Origin: Chlorokybus atmophyticus
Lineage: Eukaryota; Plantae; Mesostigma and Chlorokybus algae
DNA length: 64,000 nucleotides
Assembly: GCA_009103225.1 (NCBI GenBank)
Contig: RHPI01001327.1
Coordinates: 1 to 64,000 of the forward strand
Direction: 5' to 3'
Shown piece by piece: positions 58,161 to 64,000 of this stretch (positions are counted from its first letter, which is position 1; each line of letters begins with the position of its first letter). The notes under the pieces are model-generated. The model made no database searches. It was given only the letters and a program-made list of their open reading frames with translations, and had not been told where the DNA came from. The position numbers were made by a program, and so were the translations under genes.

Positions 58161-58562
58161 CACAAACACAACCTGTGCGGAGGGCACTGGACCAGGCACT
58201 GCTGATGTCGGCAGTGCCTGGTCAACGCAACTACGACACAACCCAGCAAACCCTGCTGCGTCGCTAGCAGAGGGCGAGGAAGGAGGCGGAGCCAGGGAGA
58301 GAGGGAGGGGGAGTCCTGGTCGCCAATGTGCATGCTGTCTGCGTGATCGAAAGCGCCAACAACCAACCAACGCCCATGTGGGCAGGTGATTACCAACTGC
58401 ATATTGACTGCTGCATGTCTAACGGGGTAGAGGCAGTGGATTAGCGTGCTAGTAGCCCGGTGGTCAACTAAATGTCATTTGTACGACACCTTGCATGTGT
58501 TGCTGCGTGCTGACTGGACTACACGTTGTGCATGCGCATGCACGTCCTGCATTTGATGTACA
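58161..58562 (+). repeat. 5' pseudo-LTR direct repeat
   Basis: About 400 bp aligning with 61777-62172 with few substitutions and small indels; contains the hairpin GACCAGGCACTGC-TGATGTCG-GCAGTGCCTGGTC. Confidence 0.92.
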
Positions 58563-61500
58563 CCGCACGCCCTGGCAGGCCACACTGTGACCGTTCCAGG
58601 CCAGAGGCAAGTTGGGTTAGCCCACGCTTGTAAAGGTGTGCGCCCAACTACCCTATGTCAAGGCATAGGGAGATAGTTGAACCCTTGTACATAGCGTTAG
58701 GTGATGCATGACAGCCGCTAAGTATGCATAGGGTGCGAGACCGGGAGCACCATGCATGTGTAGACAAGTAGAGACGAGTTGGGCCCCCACCCCGTTGGCC
58801 ATGCAGGGCAACACAAGACGCGGACAACACAATGGCGCGGCCATCATGGAACTGGCAGCACATACAAGCCCATTTGCTGGATGTACATTGCCACTGGCAA
58901 CTGCCCATACTCAGAAGCATACGCCATCACATCCACCGTGTTTTGGGCGTCACAACTCCACTGTCGCCTGTGACTGAGCACCACATCATCTACGCCATTT
59001 ACTTACTGACTGGCTCCCGCAAATGCTACGTTGGAATGACTGTGCAGTCCGCTTTCCAACGCTTCCAAGGACACTGCAGAGCTGCTCACCACGCCCAAGC
59101 CACGCTGCTGGAGCGCGCCATGCGCACAACGCCAGTGACCTCCTGGGGAGTTTCACCGCTGGAATCAGTGCCGTTACGGCCCAATGAGACGCAGGCAGCT
59201 TGGCACAAACGCGCCTCGCACAAAGAATGGTTGTGGGTGAAACGCTTACGTACCTCAGCCCCAAGAGGTTACAAGGTGGAGCCCTCGCCATACGGGCGGC
59301 CTCGCCTGCCAGCATGGAGACGTGCACACGGGCACGCACAGCCACAACGTGCACCGAACCCAGCCACACAGCCAGGCAGAGTGTTTGGGTATCGTGATTT
59401 CTTCCGGCGTATTCGTGACCTGACTGTGCGCAGCAAGCGCGGTTTGCGTTGACGGACTTGCTGCGATTCAAACTGACCAACCTGTACAAGATGCTCCGCA
59501 TCCTGGAGTACACAGCGCCGGGAGACATTCATGTGCAGCCAGCACATGCTGAAGCACTGCTGGCGACGCTGTGGAGGCTGCTCAGCAATTATGCAACCGC
59601 CTTGCCTCAGATTCGCAACCCCCGCCTACTCGTCACCTGTGCATTCAACAACGCAGCGGCAGACGAACTACAACTGCAACAACTGCTGGCGCAACCCGCA
59701 GTGCGAGCGGCCCTGCCACCACATGCCAGACCACGCATGGGAGTGCCGCTAGTGGTCTGGCGCTGTAGTAAAACGGTGGGACGCACAGTGTGTAACCGCA
59801 CCCGCAAGGTGCTGCAGTCGTCGGCACAGCAGCAGGCACGACTGTTGTCGGCACCCTGCACATGCCCTAAGCTAGCGGGGACAACCATAGTACATCCACA
59901 GCTAGGCCACGTCGTGACCTATGACTACAGCAGTGTCACGACCTCGGAGGTCCTGCGGAAGATACTCAGGCGAGGGACCAAGTTTTGCAGCCCGGTATCA
60001 GCCGATATTCGCGTTTGTGTACCAACGGTGACAGCATCAGTGTACGATTTCGCACACCGCCTGGAGGAGCAGTGGGAACAGCCAATGGCAATGCAAGCAT
60101 GGGCAACAACACTTTTGACTCTGGTGCGCAACCGTGCTGACGCCATTGCCGAGGTACTAAACAACCAGCGCCATTTGGATTCAGATGTGGTGACTGACAG
60201 AGATGCCGCGGCTTTAAGACAACTGCAGCAGCGATACATCCTCACCGAGGTCGACAAGTGCAATGGCACCATTGTGGTGGTGTGCAAAAAGAACTACGTG
60301 ACATGCTTGGTGACGGAGCTGTTCACACCCACATATGAACGCGTGGACATGCCAAGCCATGTACTGCTGCAACAACACGCCACGTGCAACATTGAACACG
60401 GCTTTCGTGCAGCTGCAGAGCCACGCCTGCCTCATCTATATCTGCTGTTGAAACTGCACAAAAGTCCACCGACACCACGATTTATCGCTGCTGCCTATAA
60501 TACCTCGCTGACAGATGCTAGTAGGTGGCTCACCCACGCATACCAAGTGATTCCGCTAGTGTGGCATGAGTGGTGGGCAGAAACAGTAGGGCTACCAACT
60601 TTACGACATAAATGGATCATGGCAGATGTGAAGGCAGTTGCCAAATTGCAGTGTTTTTTTAATACCACACGCACTGCACTACAAAAGCGCCAGCACCTGT
60701 ACCAGTTATCTTTTTACTTTACAACGATCTATACTTCCATCAACCACTACGACCTGCTGCAAAGATTTGATGATCTGGTCCATGCCACTTTCGGGCTACA
60801 ATGGCGACGTCACCGTGCCACGCATCTGCATATGAGCATACAGCCAGACGCCTCGGTGCTGCATTAGTGGACGGCAGCCTCAACGTTTAGAACAAATGAC
60901 AGTGGTAGCTGGCGCACCTTTTCACCGATAGCGCTGCACGACACCATGGCGTACCTGTTGCAGAACTTGTACATCTAAACAGCATCCGCTGAAGTCTATC
61001 GCCAACGAGTAGGGGTGCCTATGGGAAACAATGCAGGAGCACATCTGACGAACGGCTACTCCCTGACCTACGAACAACAGTTCGTGCAGCAGCTGCGCCA
61101 AGAAGGAGACACGTTGCTGCTGCAACGTTGTACACAGGGGATTCTGCGCTACATTGATGATCTCTTTGTAGCAGACCTAACGGAGTTCCGAGAGCTGTTG
61201 TACAAGGCACCAGGGACACCAGGCGGTGGTGTGTACCCGCGGCACATTGTGACAGTGTCACGTACAGCAGAAGGTACCACGCTACCATTCTGGATTGCAC
61301 AGTGTTCCATACGGCGGATGGCATATGCACCAAACTGTACTGCAAGCGCGACCTACCGGCGTAAAGTGCTGCAGCATGTCACCGCGCACCACTACTAATT
61401 TTCAACGTGGCCCGCCGTCTCAAGCTGGGCGTGGAATCGCAGTACGTGAGGTTTGTGCGAGTTTGCACTTATCGCATGCACTTCATCCAAGCCATGGTGG

Positions 61501-61776
61501 ACCTGTTGGTGGCAATGCACAACGACGGACTTCCTCTGAAACGTCTGTTGGCCACGCTGAGGCAGCATATGCTACGCATCGGCAGCTACGCGTACTGTAC
61601 ACCGTCTCCACTGCTGTACCAGTTTGTGTATCAGGCGTTCAAGCGTCGCACCCCGCAAAGACCGCATGGGGAGCACAATGTGTGGTAGCACAGCTTGCCC
61701 ATGCCGGAGACGCAGGAAACCAACCCCACCACCCAACCCCCAACCAGCACCTAACCAGCCCAGCACCCAAACCGAA

Positions 61777-62172
61777 CACAGCACAACATGTGCGTAGGGC
61801 ACTGGACCAGGCACTGCTAATGTCGGCAGTGCAACGCAACTACAACACAACCCAGCAAACCCTGCCACGTCGCTAGCAGAGGACGAGGAAGGAGGCGGAG
61901 CCAGGGAGAGAGGGAGGGGGAGTCCTGGTCGCCAATGTGCATGCTGTCTGTGACCGAAAGCGCCAACTACTAACCAACGCCCATGTGGGCAGGTGATTAC
62001 CAACTGCATATTGACTGCTGGATGTCTATTGGGGTAGAGGCAGTACGTTAGCGTGCTAGTAGTAGCCCGGTGGTCAACCAATGGTCATTTATATAACACC
62101 TTGCATGTGTTGCTGCGTGCTGACTGGACTACACGTTGTGCATGCGCATGCATGTCCTGCATTTGATGTACA
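61777..62172 (+). repeat. 3' pseudo-LTR direct repeat
   Basis: Copy of 58161-58562; 6-nt deletion in the 3' arm of the hairpin. Confidence 0.92.
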
Positions 62173-63257
62173 TTACACGCGCATCACACAAGGGCCAACA
62201 GTGGCCATCACAAACGGCACCCACGACTGTTGGGCTGCGCGGTATGCGCGGCCCGTCAGCCTCTCATTTGCTAGACGGCGACTATCTGCTGGCCGTTTGA
62301 TCTGTTCTTAAACAGATCACGACCGTTCAAAGCACATCCCCATATCATGCAACCGCTTAGAATATATGCGCATAAGTGAAAACCCTGAGCACAACATGTT
62401 GCACATTTGGCAGCCCATTATTTTATATGGCCTATATGTTATGAGCATGTACCACATTTATTAGTAGATTAAGTACAAGCGTTCCTGCCACGTCACGTGC
62501 GCAATTTTCTAGTAAGTAGCACAAAGGTTAGGATACAAAATAATGCTAACCCTAAACTCATTAACGTTAAGATTCTTGTAAACAAAACTTATCTTAGTTA
62601 TGCCACCGTTTTAATAACCGCGCGCATGATTACATGACAACGGTAACAGCCGCCATTGCCTAGAAAGGCAAAAGAGATGTCAATCATTGCAAAGTTGCTC
62701 ATGAATATGTCAGCGGCAACGACATTTCAAAAGCAAGTCGAAACCTAGCGCTTTTCGGCGCCTTAATAACAGTTTGCGGTTAAAACGCGCGCGTCTTGGA
62801 AGGTAGGAGGTGGGGGTGGGCCTTATACCCCAAACACATGCCGCCATCATTAACCATCACTTTAACAGATTCGCTCACTGCTACTTAGCATTAATTGATT
62901 GCACATCTCAGCTACAGTCCGGCAACTATGGTCTTTAGCCGAACAACACACGCGTTTAAACATGACAATCAGCCATGCTTATTGCATTCGATCAAACAAG
63001 GTTTGAAAAAATATTCACAGATTGTACTTACTAATAATGGGTGAGTACTCTTGCCATAAGCCTCCGTTAATTTTATGCTTTGTGAGTAGTTGCTTGTCAT
63101 GCACAGATTGTGGCAAGACTCAATGCATGCATATGCCCCTCCTGCGGAATATAGATCCGAGCAGGCTGCGAGATTGAACAGCACGCAATATGAACGCAAG
63201 GTAAGCAGGACGTTATGAGGGTAACGAGCGCGCGGGGGGCGGGGGATGGCGCCAACA

Positions 63258-63492
63258 NNNNNNNNNNNNNNNNNNNNNNNNNNNNNNNNNNNNNNNNNNN
63301 NNNNNNNNNNNNNNNNNNNNNNNNNNNNNNNNNNNNNNNNNNNNNNNNNNNNNNNNNNNNNNNNNNNNNNNNNNNNNNNNNNNNNNNNNNNNNNNNNNNN
63401 NNNNNNNNNNNNNNNNNNNNNNNNNNNNNNNNNNNNNNNNNNNNNNNNNNNNNNNNNNNNNNNNNNNNNNNNNNNNNNNNNNNNNNNNNNNN
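63258..63492. other. Assembly gap with G-rich flanks
   Basis: N run. Confidence 0.97.
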
Positions 63493-64000
63493 GGGGGGCG
63501 GGGTGTCTCTTTTTAATTTTGCCATATCTTAATGATGTGATTTCTTTGCTCGATGTTAATGCCGTACGGTGTCATTCATATTAAAATTACTAGCATATTC
63601 GTTTTAATATACTTCGTAACATATGGGCCTAACATGTATGTTTTAACATTGCGCATGTTTATCACTTGCAGACTTACCACACTCAGATCCTCGGTTACGC
63701 AGGTGTTGCGGTAAAGTATTAATGTATTGCAATTATGTTCTTCAATTAATGAATGCATACAAGCACATGCAATCGACAAAGGTGCATACAACATGAAAAC
63801 GATGCTTCACATGCAGCATGCATATCCAAGACGTGCTAGCTACTATGGCGATCAACACTCATGATGAGTTGCATGGTGCAGTGCGATGTGCGCTGTATTT
63901 GGAATAATGCTATGAGTTGCACACGTATTTGCGACTGTGACTCAGATTTGACCCGTCATCATCCACAATGTCACATTCAACACCACGTATACTTCTCTGA

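Larger units (their letters stand above)
58161..62172 (+). mobile_element. Penelope-like retroelement with N-terminal GIY-YIG endonuclease (Chlamys/Naiad type), degenerate, flanked by pseudo-LTRs
   Basis: IIYAIY..KCYVGMT..QRFQGH..KEWLWVKRL..APRGY (58980-59280); CTC-x9-H-x4-H linker; VDKCNGTIVVV, LYLLLKLHK..RFIAA, IYTSINH, YRQRVGVPMGNNA, RYIDD; no C-terminal endonuclease; frameshifts, TAG/TAA stops, first catalytic Asp reads Tyr. Confidence 0.92.

Noticed and set aside
58161-58562. Hammerhead ribozyme in the PLE pseudo-LTR
   Set aside because: Expected for many PLEs, but no CTGANGA...GAAA core with proper stems on either strand in either copy; only partial CTGATGT and CGAAAG pieces. An Infernal scan of a consensus would be decisive.
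60865-60978. Selenocysteine recoding in the PLE ORF (reported for some Naiads)
   Set aside because: The in-frame stops are TAG and TAA, not TGA, and fit C-to-T decay.
62546-62555. Telomerase RNA template (CTAACCCTAA)
   Set aside because: Isolated 10-mer in AT-rich DNA with no recognisable promoter, pseudoknot or terminator context.
1-64000. CRISPR arrays, tRNA/rRNA genes, prokaryotic operons or contaminant DNA
   Set aside because: No regularly spaced repeat-spacer units, cloverleaves or rRNA tracts seen; all genes carry spliceosomal introns.
1-64000. Species-level assignment
   Set aside because: Motifs support a flagellated green-lineage alga but do not distinguish streptophyte, prasinophyte or chlorophyte without phylogeny.

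Overview
Chromosome-end window of a eukaryote. It starts with a (CCCTAA)n telomere and carries intron-rich genes. Plant-like LCB2, kinesin-14A, NOT2 and U3, plus the ciliary gene CFAP65, point to a flagellated green-lineage alga; the species cannot be fixed from sequence alone. In order: TTAGGG-type telomere joined to a decayed Ty3/Gypsy element cut after its protease; serine palmitoyltransferase LCB2 (-); glycine cleavage H (-) with a duplicated dead last exon; WDR44-like WD40 gene (+); a U3 snoRNA (-) lying under spurious ORFs; CFAP65 (-); a TSP1/EGF single-pass surface protein (+); ATK1/KIFC1-like kinesin-14 (+); a 3' relic of an REL-type non-LTR retroelement; a frameshifted secreted Sib-like/extensin/EGF/PAN gene (+); an intact heme peroxidase-DOMON-DOMON-cytochrome b561 fusion (-); NOT2 (+) with a candidate intronic C/D snoRNA; and a degenerate Penelope-like element with an N-terminal GIY-YIG (Chlamys/Naiad type) between ~400-bp direct repeats. 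The strongest candidate for an undescribed system is the multi-heme peroxidase-DOMON2-b561 membrane protein, a DUOX-like architecture built from different parts. Also notable: plant-type telo-boxes in all three divergent promoters despite a non-plant telomere, and at least three AAG|GC-AG introns. Exon structures were inferred by hand, and family matches come from remembered motifs, not database searches.
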